A stretch of DNA of 64,000 nucleotides. Source: an uncultured delta proteobacterium (GTDB taxonomy: Bacteria; Desulfobacterota; Binatia; UBA9968). The stretch spans positions 128,001 through 192,000 of the forward strand of contig CAVXEP010000022.1 in the NCBI GenBank assembly GCA_963760795.1, in the 5' to 3' direction. The position numbers were made by a program, and so were the translations under genes. Within the stretch, counting starts at the first letter, position 1, and every line of letters begins with the position of its first letter. Under the pieces are notes generated by a model. The model saw only the letters and a list, made by a program, of their open reading frames with translations. It ran no database searches and had not been told where the DNA came from. Positions 8,898 through 22,375 of the stretch are shown here, one piece after another.

Positions 8898-11108
8898 TTA
8901 CGAATGTACCGCTCGTTTAGCAACCTCCGAAGCGGGGAACTCAATGCTAAAGCGAGTCCCCCTGGGTTCGTTGGGCAATGCCCGAATATAGCCGCGATGA
9001 TCCTCGATGATTTGACTGACGATGGTCAGGCCCAGGCCAGTGCCGTTTTCCTTGGTGGAAAAATACGGTTCGAATATTTTCGAGCGCGTCTCCGGCGCCA
9101 AACCGCTGCCGTTATCGGCCACTTCCAACGTCACCACGTCCCGCCCACGATTGTAAACGGTCGATAACTTGATCTCACCGTCATCTTGCACCGCCGCCAC
9201 CGCGTTGTCGAGCAGATTGATCAGCACTCGCTTGATCTGGTCGCGGTCCAAATCTAACGCCGGAATCACCCCGGAGCTAAAATGAAATTGTATACCTTTG
9301 TGCCCTTCATTGAAAAGAAACAGCGACTCGCTGACGATCTCATTGAGATCCTGGGTCACTAGCTTAGCCGACGGCAGCCGCGCGAATTGGGAAAACTCAT
9401 TGACCAGGCTTTTCAGCTCTTCGACCTGCTGAATGATCGTCGTCGTGCATTTATCCAAAATACCGCCGTCGCCGCCGAGCATGCTGGCGTAGCGCTTGCG
9501 CAGCCGCTCGGCCGACAGTTGGATCGGCGTTAGCGGATTTTTGATCTCATGGGCGATGCGCCGCGCCACTTCGCGCCAGGCTTCCATGCGCTGCACTTTC
9601 TGAATTTGCGTAATGTCTTCGAGAAAAACCATGACCCCCAACGCCGAACCGTCGTCGTCGCGCAGGGTCGCCGCCGTCACCACCGCCGTCAGTTGTTGAT
9701 CGATCAGCGGGATCTTGATATCGCGCTCGATCTTCTCCAAGTCCTTGACGCTGTCGATGATCTCGGCCACCACCCGCAGCGGCTCCGACTGTAAAACATC
9801 GCGGTAGTTTTTCGCCAAGGCCTGCTCGGCTTTAACTCCGAGCATCTGCTCGGCCGCCTTGTTCCAAGTGGTGATATTTCCCGCCGGGTCCACCGACACG
9901 ACTCCGGCGGCGATGTTGGCGAGCAGGGTTTGCACCACCTTGCCGCGCCGTTCCAGTTCCAAGGTGATCTGCTTCAGGTCGCCGGTCATCTGATTGAACG
10001 ACTGGACTAAGACGCCGATCTCATCATCGCCGCTGGCCTCAATCTTATAATCCCAATTCCCCTGGGCGACTTCATGGGTACCCTCGGCGAGCTGCTGAAT
10101 CGGCACGGTGATGCCCTTGGAAAGATAAAATCCCCACCAAGTGGCCGAAAACATGATCACCAAGGTGATCAGAAACAGCGTCAAGATGTAACTGTTCTTA
10201 ACCGGCGCCTTGAGAAAGGTTAAATATTTGTACTGCTCGTAGGACTGCGAGATTTGCGCCGCCCGTTTGGTCAGACTCTTGGGCACATGATAGTCGACCA
10301 CGGCGACGCCGACGATGCGCTTTTCCGCGCCGAAGATCGGCGCGCCGCCGCGGATCACGTCGCCTTCGCCCAACGGCTGGGTCCAAGTCACGCCGATGCC
10401 GCGCAACGCCCGCGCCAAAAACTCATCGTCGGGTTTTAAATCCACAGCGTTTTTCGACTTGTCGCTCACCGCGACGATCGCCTCGCTCTGCGCCGAATAG
10501 ATCTCCACCGTGCCGAGGTTATACTCGCGCTGTTTGTCCTCGACGAGCCGGCGCAACTCAGCCCGCCGCGCGTTCTCAAAAAGTTTCTGCTCGGTGATTT
10601 TCTCACTCAACCGGCGGGCAAAAAACATCGCGTTGTTGGCGGAATTTTGATAATAGGTCTGGCCGATTTCCAAAGACCCCTGAAGAGCGCTTTCCACCTT
10701 GGAATCGAACCAGCGGTCGAAGGAATGGGTCAACAAGCCGCCGGCGATAGCGAACAACAACAGGCTCGGCACGATCGACAGCGCGACAAAAGCCAAGACC
10801 AGGCGCGACTGCAAGCGTGAGCCAAGCAAGCGGCGACGGCGCTCAAAGACCAGCTTGACCAGATTGCGCACGACCAGAAAAACCAACAGCACCAGCAGAA
10901 TGATGTTGATATTGATGATGAAGAAAAACACGATGTTGCTGCCGAGGGAATTCTCCAGCGAGATGTCCGGTGATTGCACTTCGAAAAAGATCAACGCCGC
11001 CACCATCAGCGCCGCCACCGCGATGACGATGCCCTCGCGCTTGCGCCGTTTGGCCTCTTCGGCTTTAATGCTGTCTTGGCGACTATGAGTTGGGTTTAGG
11101 GATTCCAT
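8898..11108 (-). CDS. ntrY: NtrY-like sensor histidine kinase (TM, periplasmic, HAMP, PAS, HisKA, HATPase)
   Basis: EAWREVARRIAHEIKNPLTPIQLSAERL H-box, HAMP segment DEIGVLVQSFNQM, NLLDNA, DNGSG and GTGLGL. Confidence 0.88.
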   Translation of the reverse strand: MESLNPTHSRQDSIKAEEAKRRKREGIVIAVAALMVAALIFFEVQSPDISLENSLGSNIVFFFIININIILLVLLVFLVVRNLVKLVFERRRRLLGSRLQSRLVLAFVALSIVPSLLLFAIAGGLLTHSFDRWFDSKVESALQGSLEIGQTYYQNSANNAMFFARRLSEKITEQKLFENARRAELRRLVEDKQREYNLGTVEIYSAQSEAIVAVSDKSKNAVDLKPDDEFLARALRGIGVTWTQPLGEGDVIRGGAPIFGAEKRIVGVAVVDYHVPKSLTKRAAQISQSYEQYKYLTFLKAPVKNSYILTLFLITLVIMFSATWWGFYLSKGITVPIQQLAEGTHEVAQGNWDYKIEASGDDEIGVLVQSFNQMTGDLKQITLELERRGKVVQTLLANIAAGVVSVDPAGNITTWNKAAEQMLGVKAEQALAKNYRDVLQSEPLRVVAEIIDSVKDLEKIERDIKIPLIDQQLTAVVTAATLRDDDGSALGVMVFLEDITQIQKVQRMEAWREVARRIAHEIKNPLTPIQLSAERLRKRYASMLGGDGGILDKCTTTIIQQVEELKSLVNEFSQFARLPSAKLVTQDLNEIVSESLFLFNEGHKGIQFHFSSGVIPALDLDRDQIKRVLINLLDNAVAAVQDDGEIKLSTVYNRGRDVVTLEVADNGSGLAPETRSKIFEPYFSTKENGTGLGLTIVSQIIEDHRGYIRALPNEPRGTRFSIEFPASEVAKRAVHS

Positions 11109-11147
11109 CGGCGCGGCCGAGCTAACGGCGAGAAAACTGGCAAATTT

Positions 11148-11360
11148 TTAACGTTTGAGCAAGTAAACCACAAGCGAAATCACGATACTGACGACAATGC
11201 AGGTGGTCAGCGGGAAATGGAAACTAAAGCGTTCCCGCTGGATATGGATATCGCCCGGCAGGTGGCCAAGCCATGGCAACCGGTCGGAAACCGACACCAG
11301 CACACCGGCGATAACGATGACGATGCCAAGATATATGAGAGTCTTGCCTAACCCGGCCAT
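11148..11360 (-). CDS. DUF2905 family small membrane protein
   Basis: WLGHLPGDIHI...FHFPLTTCIVVS signature. Confidence 0.88.
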   Translation of the reverse strand: MAGLGKTLIYLGIVIVIAGVLVSVSDRLPWLGHLPGDIHIQRERFSFHFPLTTCIVVSIVISLVVYLLKR

Positions 11361-11393
11361 AATTCAGATCTCAAATCGCACCGTCAGTTAATC

Positions 11394-12422
11394 TCATTCA
11401 AACAAATCCGGCTGGCCTTTGCCGGTGGCGGGCTTGGCCGCGCCCGGTTGCCGGCCAAAATGTTCGTAAGCCAGCACGGTAGCCACCCGGCCGCGCGGTG
11501 TCCGTTGAATGAATCCGGCTTGGATCAAAAATGGCTCGTAGACATCCTCGATGGTATCCTTCTCTTCGCCGATGGCAGCAGCCAAAGTCTCCACGCCCAC
11601 CGGCCCACCGGCAAACTTGTCGATCATCGCCAGCAGCAACATGGTATCCATCTTATCGAGGCCCAGGCGATCGACCTCGAGCATTCTGAGCGCCTCCACC
11701 GTCACCGCTTTAGTGATCTTACCGTCGCTTTTCACCTGGGCGTAGTCGCGCACCCGGCGCAGCAAGCGGTTGGCGATACGCGGCGTGCCGCGCGAGCGGC
11801 TGGCGATCTCGGTGATGCCGTCTTGATCTTGCTCGACGCTGAGAATCGCCGCCGAGCGCTTGAGAATGCGCGCCAGCGATCCCGCATCGTAAAAATCCAG
11901 ACGGAAACTCTGGCCGAAGCGGTCGCGCAGTGGCGAAGTAATCAAGCCCGAGCGCGTGGTTGCGCCGATCAAAGTGAATTTTTTAAGCGGCAACTTGATC
12001 GACTTGGCCGCCGGGCCCTGGCCGACCATGATGTCGATCTCGTAGTCTTCCATGGCCGGATACAGAACCTCTTCGACCACATGGTTGAGGCGGTGAATTT
12101 CGTCGATAAACAAGACGTCGCCATGGTCGAGGTTGGTCAAAAGCGCCGCCAGATCGCCGGCGCGCTCGATGATCGGCCCCGAGGTGGCCTTGATGTTGAC
12201 GCCCATCTCGCGGGCGATGATATAGGCGATGGAAGTTTTGCCCAGCCCCGGAGGGCCATGGAAAAGAATATGATCGAGGACATCACCGCGCGCCTGCGCC
12301 GCGGCGATGGCGACTTTGAGATTTTCTTTGACCCGTTCTTGGCCGACGTACTCGTCAAAGCCGCGCGGCCGCAAGCTCAGCTCGAATCCGGAATCGTCGT
12401 CGGTGCGATGGCCGTCCAACAT
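11394..12422 (-). CDS. ruvB: Holliday junction branch migration helicase RuvB
   Basis: [31 protein letters not shown] and RTPRGR. Confidence 0.98.
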   Translation of the reverse strand: MLDGHRTDDDSGFELSLRPRGFDEYVGQERVKENLKVAIAAAQARGDVLDHILFHGPPGLGKTSIAYIIAREMGVNIKATSGPIIERAGDLAALLTNLDHGDVLFIDEIHRLNHVVEEVLYPAMEDYEIDIMVGQGPAAKSIKLPLKKFTLIGATTRSGLITSPLRDRFGQSFRLDFYDAGSLARILKRSAAILSVEQDQDGITEIASRSRGTPRIANRLLRRVRDYAQVKSDGKITKAVTVEALRMLEVDRLGLDKMDTMLLLAMIDKFAGGPVGVETLAAAIGEEKDTIEDVYEPFLIQAGFIQRTPRGRVATVLAYEHFGRQPGAAKPATGKGQPDLFE

Positions 12423-12452
12423 GGTCAGTGTGCGCTCGTTCTACAAACCCGG

Positions 12453-12570
12453 AGGGCGGGTCCCGGCCCTACATTCGGATGCGAATTTCATGTGCTCTTT
12501 GCGTTCCTTGCGGCCAATCTTGCGGATCCAAATCATCCACTCTGTGAACTCTGCGTCCTCTGTGGCGAAA
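12453..12570. repeat. Intergenic repeat cluster (GTAG-type REP plus 9-mer-unit arms)
   Basis: agggcgggtcccggccctac hairpin, gtgctctttgcgttccttgcggc and ctctgtgaactctgcgtcctctgtggcgaa. Confidence 0.6.
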
Positions 12571-12585
12571 CTTATTCTCCTCTTT

Positions 12586-13182
12586 TTAGTGCCCCATCCG
12601 CTGCAAGGTCTCGCGCAGGACATCTTCCAGCGATAGCGAGTCGTTCTTGAGCACATCGCGGACAGTTTTTTCAATCTCCGGTTTTTTATATCCTAGATTG
12701 ATCAAGGCCGAAACCGCGTCCAGCATCTTTTGCGAAGACGCTTCGGGTTTCGCCGTGCTATCAAGGGTCGCCGGGGTGAACGTCAAGAACTTATCCTTCA
12801 ACTCGACAATCATGCGCTCAGCCAGCTTCTTGCCCACTCCGGGGATCGACACCAAACGCACCTGGTCACCATTGCGCAACGCCCGCGCCAATTCCTCAGC
12901 CGGGATGCCCGATAAGATATTGAGCGCGAGCTTGGGGCCGATACCCGACACACCCATGAGCAGCAGAAACACCTGCTTCTCGGCGAGATCGTGAAAGCCG
13001 AACAACTGCAGCGCGTCTTCGCGCACATGGGTATGAATCTGCAAACTCATCGGCGCGCCGAGATCCGGCAAGCGGTAAAAAACATTGAGCGGGATGAAAA
13101 CCAGATAGCCGACACCGCCAACATCGATGACCACTTCGCCGGGCTGCTTTTGCGCGAGTTTGCCGCTGATTTGCGCGATCAC
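12586..13182 (-). CDS. ruvA: Holliday junction DNA-binding protein RuvA
   Basis: IDVGGVGY, HVRED...LFGF, VSGIGPK, IPGVGKK.AER and ALINLGY. Confidence 0.97.
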   Translation of the reverse strand: MIAQISGKLAQKQPGEVVIDVGGVGYLVFIPLNVFYRLPDLGAPMSLQIHTHVREDALQLFGFHDLAEKQVFLLLMGVSGIGPKLALNILSGIPAEELARALRNGDQVRLVSIPGVGKKLAERMIVELKDKFLTFTPATLDSTAKPEASSQKMLDAVSALINLGYKKPEIEKTVRDVLKNDSLSLEDVLRETLQRMGH

Positions 13183-13224
13183 GTCAAGCCCACGGGTAGG
13201 GTTAACGAATTGTCCATCGGCCGT

Positions 13225-13795
13225 TCAACGAACGCGACCACCCCGCGGCCGCAGGGGCGTCGGCATTTTCGTCATCACCTCGGCAACCCGGCTGGTGAAC
13301 GCTTGCCGGTTGAGATGGCAGATCGCGGCGGCAAGAGCGTCCGCGGCATCCGCCGGCACCGGTCCCGATACTTTCAATATGGATCCGATCATCATTTGCA
13401 CTTGCTGCTTGGTGGCGTGGCCATAGCCCACCACCGCCGATTTTATCTCCACCGCGCTATACTCGTGAACCTCGACATCTTGCTCAGCCGCCGCCAGCAG
13501 CGCGACGCCGCGCACCTGGCCGAGTTTCAAGGCGCTTTGGACATTTTGCGCAAAGAAAACTTTTTCCAGGCTGACGCCGTCCGGGTGAAACTCGCGCACG
13601 ACATTTCGCCAGTTCGGTGTAGATCCGGCGCAGGCGGCGCGCTTGGGGCTCGGCGCTTGAGGAATTTATAGTGCCATGGCCCATATGGCGCAGCGCGTTG
13701 CCGATAACCTGGACAACCCCCCAGCCGGTCGCCATGGTTCCCGGATCGATGCCCAGGATGATGCGCGGCAGTGGTTTGTTGCCGGGGTCCGCCAC
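13225..13795 (-). CDS. ruvC: Holliday junction resolvase RuvC (one frameshift near 13605)
   Basis: ILGIDPG..ATGWG in one frame; EKVFF.QN.QSALKLGQ.RG and DAADALA in the next; extra A in a GCGAAATG run. Confidence 0.92.
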
Positions 13796-13800
13796 TGCGG

Positions 13801-14547
13801 CTAGCTCACCTTGTCCATCAGCTCATCGGGGATGTGAAAGTTGGCCGCGACATTTTGCACGTCGTCATGATCTTCCAGTTCTTCGCTGAGTTTTAAGACT
13901 TGCTCGACATTTTTGGCGTCGACGTCGACGGTATTCTTGGGCACCAGGCTAACCTGAGCGCTGGCGATGGTGATTTTTTCCTGGTCCAGCCGTTCTTTGA
14001 CTTTTTCGAAATCCTCGGGCGGGGCGATCACCTCGAAGACCTCGCCCTCGTCGCGGACATCTTCGGCGCCGGCATCGAGAGCGATATCCATCAAGCGGTC
14101 CTCGTCGATCTGCGTCTTGTCGACGGTGAGGATGCCCTTCTTATCGAACATCCAGCCGACGCAGCCGGTCTCACCCATGTTGCCGCCATGCTTGGAAAAC
14201 ATCCGGCGGATCTCCGACACCGTGCGATTCTTGTTGTCGGTCAACACCTGGGCGATGATCGCCACGCCGCCCGGACCATATCCTTCGTATTGAATCTCTT
14301 CGTAGGTAACGCCTTCGAGCTCGCCGGTGCCTTTTTTGATCGCGCGCTCGATATTATCACTCGGCATACTGCTGCCGCGGGCGGTGAGTACCGCCGTGCG
14401 CAGACGCGGATTGGCATTGATATCGCCGCCGCCCATGCGTGCCGCCACGGTGATTTCCTTAATCAGCTTGGTAAAAATTTTGCCGCGCTTGGCATCCTTG
14501 GCGGCTTTCTTATGCTTGATCGTGCTCCATTTAGAATGGCCGGACAT
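13801..14547 (-). CDS. yebC: YebC/PmpR family protein
   Basis: [22 protein letters not shown] and TDNKNRT. Confidence 0.97.
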   Translation of the reverse strand: MSGHSKWSTIKHKKAAKDAKRGKIFTKLIKEITVAARMGGGDINANPRLRTAVLTARGSSMPSDNIERAIKKGTGELEGVTYEEIQYEGYGPGGVAIIAQVLTDNKNRTVSEIRRMFSKHGGNMGETGCVGWMFDKKGILTVDKTQIDEDRLMDIALDAGAEDVRDEGEVFEVIAPPEDFEKVKERLDQEKITIASAQVSLVPKNTVDVDAKNVEQVLKLSEELEDHDDVQNVAANFHIPDELMDKVS

Positions 14548-14700
14548 ACTTCAATCACTCCCTAGTAAGGTGCCGACAAGCTAACACAAAGCCTGGACCG
14601 GGTAAACTAGTCCAAGACCACACGATGCGGTGCGACGAACGGGTTAAATCTGCGCCGCGATACTTTTTTCCAATCGGCTTTGCTGTATAATTAGCAAACG

Positions 14701-15357
14701 ATGAACCTGACCCAGCGCTTTTTGGTAATCGCCTCATTGCTAGTCAGCGCCTGTTCGCTACCGCCGTCGCGGGTTCGCGTTCCAGTGCCGCCGGCTGCCG
14801 ATTCGCGCGTCAGCCAAACCGGCATCGCTTCATGGTACGGCCCCGGCTTTCACGGCAAGGCCACCGCCAGCGGCGAGATTTATAATCAAAACGACATGAC
14901 CGCAGCGCACCAGACCTTGCCCTTGGGCTCCAAGGTGATGGTCACCAACATGGAAAACGGCCGCAGCGCCGAAGTGTTGGTCAACGATCGCGGACCGTTC
15001 GCCAAAGGAAGAATCATCGATCTTTCCTACGCCGCCGCCCAGTCGGTAGACATACTAGGACCTGGGACCGCGCTCGTGCGCGTCGACGTACTCGACAGCC
15101 CGGTGCCGCTGCGGTCGATGCCCTCGGCCCTCGATTACACGCTGCAATTGGGTTCCTTCTCCCAGTTGGAAAATGCCCAGCGGTTGCGCGACCGCATCGT
15201 CAAGAGTTTCGACAGCGTCATGATCACGCCGTTGCAATCGAAGGACATCACCTACTACCGGGTTCATCTGGGCAACTTCTCCAATCGGACTGCCGCCGAA
15301 GACATGGCCAAGCGATTGAGCCAAGCCGGCTACTCGGTGATCATCAGAGAGAAATAG
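14701..15357 (+). CDS. rlpA: Septal ring lytic transglycosylase RlpA family lipoprotein (DPBB + SPOR)
   Basis: Lipobox VSAC, GIASWYG, TAAHQTLP, VNDRGPF..GRIIDLS and a C-terminal LQLGSF SPOR domain. Confidence 0.93.
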   Translation: MNLTQRFLVIASLLVSACSLPPSRVRVPVPPAADSRVSQTGIASWYGPGFHGKATASGEIYNQNDMTAAHQTLPLGSKVMVTNMENGRSAEVLVNDRGPFAKGRIIDLSYAAAQSVDILGPGTALVRVDVLDSPVPLRSMPSALDYTLQLGSFSQLENAQRLRDRIVKSFDSVMITPLQSKDITYYRVHLGNFSNRTAAEDMAKRLSQAGYSVIIREK

Positions 15358-15504
15358 GTGAATGGCACCAGTTCCGCTGGGTCGTTGCCGCGCATGAGCC
15401 ATGTCCTGCTGTTATTCGGACGCCACCGCCGAGGCAGCATGGCAAGATTTAGAAGTTGACACCGCGCCGGAGGGTTGGCGTTTCGATTCTGCCCGCGGCC
15501 CGGC

Positions 15505-16422
15505 TCAATTGTCGCTGCGCAAAAAAAATCGGCCCGCTTCTTTTTTGACCTTGCCGTCGCGCTCGAGCTTTTCCAGATGCGCCTGCACGGAAAACTCAGC
15601 GACCCGTTTGAGCGCCGCCGAAACATCGACGTAGATCGATTCGGTGATATCGCCGATGGTGTTGCGATTGGCGCGCAACGCCGCGATTACCTGCTGCTCG
15701 CGCCCCAACCGGTGCTTGATGTACTCGCGCACCTTGGCTTCCGGTTTGCCGATCAGCGGACCGTGGCCCGGCAGGATCACGCTCATCTCGAAGCCAAGCA
15801 AACGCTCCAGCGTCCGCATGTAATCGCTCATGTTGCCGTCCGGCGGATGGATCACCGCGGTGCCATAGCCGAGGATATTATCGCCGCTGAACAAGACCTT
15901 ATCGCCGCCTTCGTAAAAGCAACAGTGGCCCGACTCATGGCCCGGCGTGTGCAACACGCGTAACTCGCCGCCGCCGAAGTCGATCTGGTCATTGTCGTCG
16001 TATTGAAAATCTTCACCGCCGAGATAGCCCTTGCGCGAGCGATGGATGCCGAGTTTGGCGCCGCAGCGCTTGCGTAGCGCCAAGGCGCCGCCGGTGTGAT
16101 CGCTGTGAATATGCGTGAGCAAAATCTTATCGATTTTTTTCACGCCCATGGCCTCGGCCTGCTCGATGATGCCGTCCATGTTCGAGTCGGCGCTGAGCGC
16201 GACGTCGATGACCAAGCCCGACTCCTTGCCGACGATATACTGATTAGTCCCCTGCAAGGTCATGAGTCCGGGATTATTGGCGGTGAATTTACCGATAAAG
16301 TCAGGCGTAGCCATAGGATTTCCTTCCGCGGCAAGCGCGCCGCTGCGCAGAAACGAATGGGCAAAAAAAAGCGCCAGCGAGGTTTTCCCTAATGTCGCCA
16401 GCGCTTCTCTTCGTGTAATCAC
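15505..16422 (-). CDS. MBL-fold metallo-hydrolase (LACTB2-like) with a possible Tat signal
   Basis: NPGLMTLQGTN, LTHIHSDH, TPGH, FSGD and PGHG; N-terminal TRREAL...ALA. Confidence 0.88.
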   Translation of the reverse strand: MITRREALATLGKTSLALFFAHSFLRSGALAAEGNPMATPDFIGKFTANNPGLMTLQGTNQYIVGKESGLVIDVALSADSNMDGIIEQAEAMGVKKIDKILLTHIHSDHTGGALALRKRCGAKLGIHRSRKGYLGGEDFQYDDNDQIDFGGGELRVLHTPGHESGHCCFYEGGDKVLFSGDNILGYGTAVIHPPDGNMSDYMRTLERLLGFEMSVILPGHGPLIGKPEAKVREYIKHRLGREQQVIAALRANRNTIGDITESIYVDVSAALKRVAEFSVQAHLEKLERDGKVKKEAGRFFLRSDN

Positions 16423-16452
16423 GAATGTTGTCTAATTTGCAAGCTATATTCT

Positions 16453-16533
16453 TACCACGAAGGACACGAAGAGCACGAAGTTCGGATTTTTTATTCACCG
16501 AACCCTACGTTTCCTTTGTGCCTTCCTGGTGAA
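16453..16533. repeat. CACGAAG-unit palindromic intergenic repeat
   Basis: accacgaaggacacgaagagcacgaagttcgga followed by a degenerate complementary arm; same element as 61411-61492. Confidence 0.8.
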
Positions 16534-16542
16534 TACTTCCGA

Positions 16543-19236
<2,694 letters not shown>

Positions 19237-19332
19237 GAGCGCTCCTTAAGTAAAGACTGGTAGGCCTTATTTTGTAGCGAGCGTCACGGGATAAAGCAAC
19301 AGGGAGGGTGACGGGTTATTCGGGGTCCGGGT

Positions 19333-19386
19333 GGAAGATCGATGATGGAGGATCGAGGATAGCGTGTCGATCCTTGATCCTCGACT
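19333..19386. repeat. 7-mer tandem-unit imperfect hairpin (GATCGAG / CTCGATC)
   Basis: gaagatcgatgatggaggatcgaggat...gatccttgatcctcga. Confidence 0.5.
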
Positions 19387-19420
19387 CAAAACACCCGAAT
19401 ACGCCGAACGGAAGCAATGT

Positions 19421-22271
19421 CTACGCATGCTTAATCTGCCGCCGCGCCGCCACCGCATCCATGATCGCTTGGCTGACATCTTCGACGGCGCGTTCTTTGG
19501 GGAGGCAGGTCACCGCCCCGGACGCTTGCATCGCCCGGACCACATAGTCCTCGGTGCCGAAGGATATCCCGATGACGATGGTCGATGGCCGGTCATGCAT
19601 GACTTTTTCGGTCGCCTCGATACCATTCATGTTCGGCATATTGACGTCCATGATCACGACCTGCGGTTCGAGCAGCCGCGCCAGGGCCAGCGCTTCCGCC
19701 CCGTCGCTTGCCTCGCCGACGACAGTGAAGGCGTCGTGCTCTTCCAACACTCGGCGCAACCCCTGGCGGAGCATTTTGTGATCGTCGACGATCAGAATCT
19801 TGATCGCCTGCTCGATAACCGGCGCCGTCGCGCTCGGCAACAAAATCGGCTCAACCATTTTGGCCGAGGCCACCGCCTTTCGATCCATCGGCAAAACGAT
19901 CAACACCCCAGTTCCCGCTCCCGGAGTAGAATTGATTTCGACAGCTCCGCCGCGCAGTTCCACCCGCTCGTGAATGCTGAACAAGCCGAAATGGCTGCGG
20001 CCGTCGCCGTTGGCGCGCACGGTTTGCGCGTCAAACCCTTTGCCGTCGTCGGTCACCGCGAGAGACACGCGATCGCCGTCGCGTCCATAAGCTAGCGTCG
20101 CGCGGTCAGTGAAGCCATGCTTGACGACGTTCCACAGCAGTTCGCGAGCGCACTGGAACAGGAACACCGCGTCATCCTGCGCCAGCGAGAAGCCATCGGC
20201 CGGTCCGTCGACCTCGACGCGCAAGCCATGCCGGGCCATTTGCTCGCCGAGCCAGCGGAACGCCGCCGGCAAGCCCAGATCGTAGAGCACCGGCGGACTC
20301 AACTCGGCGATCAGCGAGCGCGTGTACTTGATCGAATCGTCGACCGTTTTATCGAGGTTGCCCAAGATTTCCTTAAACGAAGCGCCATGGGCCTGGTCGC
20401 CCAGCAGTTCGCGCACGCGCCACAGGTACAGGTTGACCACCGCCAACGACTGCGCCAAGGTATCGTGCAGATCCACCGCCAGGCGGCGCCGCTCGCGCTC
20501 CTCGGTCATGGTCAATTCGGCGACCAGCGCGCGCAGTCGGGCACGCGACTCGGCGAGTTCTTGCGTGCGCTGCGCGACGCGCCGGTCGAGTTGCTCGTTC
20601 AAATTTCGCAGCGCTTCCTCCGCCGCTTTGCGCTGCGTGATATCGAAATTGATACCGGCAATGTGGGTTGGCGTGCCGTTACGATCGCGCCGCAAGCCGC
20701 CATAGCCACTCAACCAAATCATCATGCCATCGGGGCGCAAAAAGCGGTATTCACACTTGTAGTCCTGGCCGTCGCTGCTCGGATCTGCTAATCGCTTCTT
20801 TCAAGATGGGCAGATCCGCGGGATGAACATGGGCAAGAAACAAGTCAAGGTTGATGGCCCGGTCCTTGGCGATTCCGAATATTTCGAAATCCCGGTCGTC
20901 CCAAGTCATTTCTCCGCTGCGCAAATCCCGCTCCCAAGTGCCCATATGGCCGACCGCCAGCGCATGTTGAAGCCGCTCCTCGCTGGCACGCAGAGCTTCT
21001 TCGGCGCGCATCCGCTCGGTAATATCGAGCACCGCGCCGAGGGTACGCACAGGCTTGCGAGCATCCCCAGTGCCGTCGAAAAAGGTTTGCGCCCGATTCA
21101 AGATCCAGCCGATGCTGCCGTCGCGCCGAACCACGCGGCACTCATATAACAAGCGCCCGTCGCCGGCTGGGTCACGAGCCCGCCGCCTTGCCAGGTTGAC
21201 GATTTCCCTATCGTCAGGGTGGATTTGCGATAAAAAATCGCCGACGCGCTCCTGCCGATCTCCGGGCAAGTCGATTATTTTTCTTAAAGTCGTCGAGAAA
21301 TACACCCCGTCCGCCACATGATCGCGCTCGAAAATGCCAATGTCGGCGACATCGACGGTGTGGCGCAACAGGGCCTCCGTCTTCGTCAACGATGCGACCG
21401 CCTGCGCCAACTCCGCCGTCCGTTCCTCGACGCGCCGCTCAAGCTCAGCGTGCGCTTGGCGCAACGCGTCTTCGGTGCGCTTGCGATCGTTGATGTCCTG
21501 GATGACGCTGATGAAATGGCTCGGGGTACCAGACGCGTCGCAATGCAGCGAGGCCGTCAGATTCACCCAAACAAGCTCTCGATCTTTGCGGATATAACGC
21601 TTCTCCATCGAGAACGTGGTGATCTCGCCGGCCATGAGTTGCGTCCTTAATGCCAAGTTCAGTTGGAGATCATCCGGGTGGGTAAGGTCTTGGGCCGCAA
21701 GCGATCGCATCTCCTCGGCGGAGTATCCGGTAATGTCGCACACCTTCTGATTCATCCGTAACCAACGGCCGTCTAATCCCACATGCGATATGCCGACCGA
21801 GGCTTGTTCGAACGTCACCCGATAAAGTTGCTCGCTCGCGCGCAGCGCGTCTTCGGCGCGCGTTCGATCGCCGATGTCGTGGAAGACGCTGAAAGAATGT
21901 CTCGGCGCGCCGGACTCGCCTTCGAGACGGCGGCGAGTATTGTGCAGCGCCGCGGACATCGCGCTGATCGATACTCCGACCAGGGCAAACAACCCGAGAG
22001 TGAGCAGATTGGCGGTTTCAGCTAATGCAGGTAAACCGCCCGGCTCAAAGATCGCGAAGGCAGCTAGAATCAAGCTCAGAGCGGTGGCCAACAGGCCGGG
22101 CCCAATCCCGCCGTTCAAAGCGCTCAACGTGATGGCCAAGGTAAACAGCAACACCCGGTCGCGCTCGCCAAGCAATGGCTGTAAGCCCGCTCCAGCCTCA
22201 TAAATCAATCCGGTCATGACGATCGCTACCAGATAGCGCCAGCGGTGCAGTTTGGTCAGCGCGGTTATCAT
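19421..22271 (-). CDS. Hybrid sensor kinase: DUF4118-like membrane sensor, 3 PAS, HisKA_3, HATPase, REC (frameshift near 20770)
   Basis: ORFs 20751-22271 and 19421-20740 join within a PAS domain; ERRRLAVDLHD H-box, NVVKH, DDGKGF, FGL and REC MDVNMP. Confidence 0.85.
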
Positions 22272-22375
22272 GTGAAATCTCCGTGATCTTGGCGGCGAAA
22301 TTTTTTAGCGCTAGCTATTTATTACTTCGCCAGCTCCATATCCAGGTAAGATGACTTCTCGCATGATCGGATAGC

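Noticed and set aside
11448-12650. Long antisense ORFs (400 aa here; also 17956-19263, 40705-41937, 48578-49762 and 59807-60853)
   Set aside because: They are shadows of well-supported genes on the opposite strand, expected in GC-rich DNA, and carry no motifs.
13225-13795. ruvC as a pseudogene or programmed frameshift
   Set aside because: A single extra base in an A run, intact catalytic motifs and many similar indels in the window point to sequencing error.
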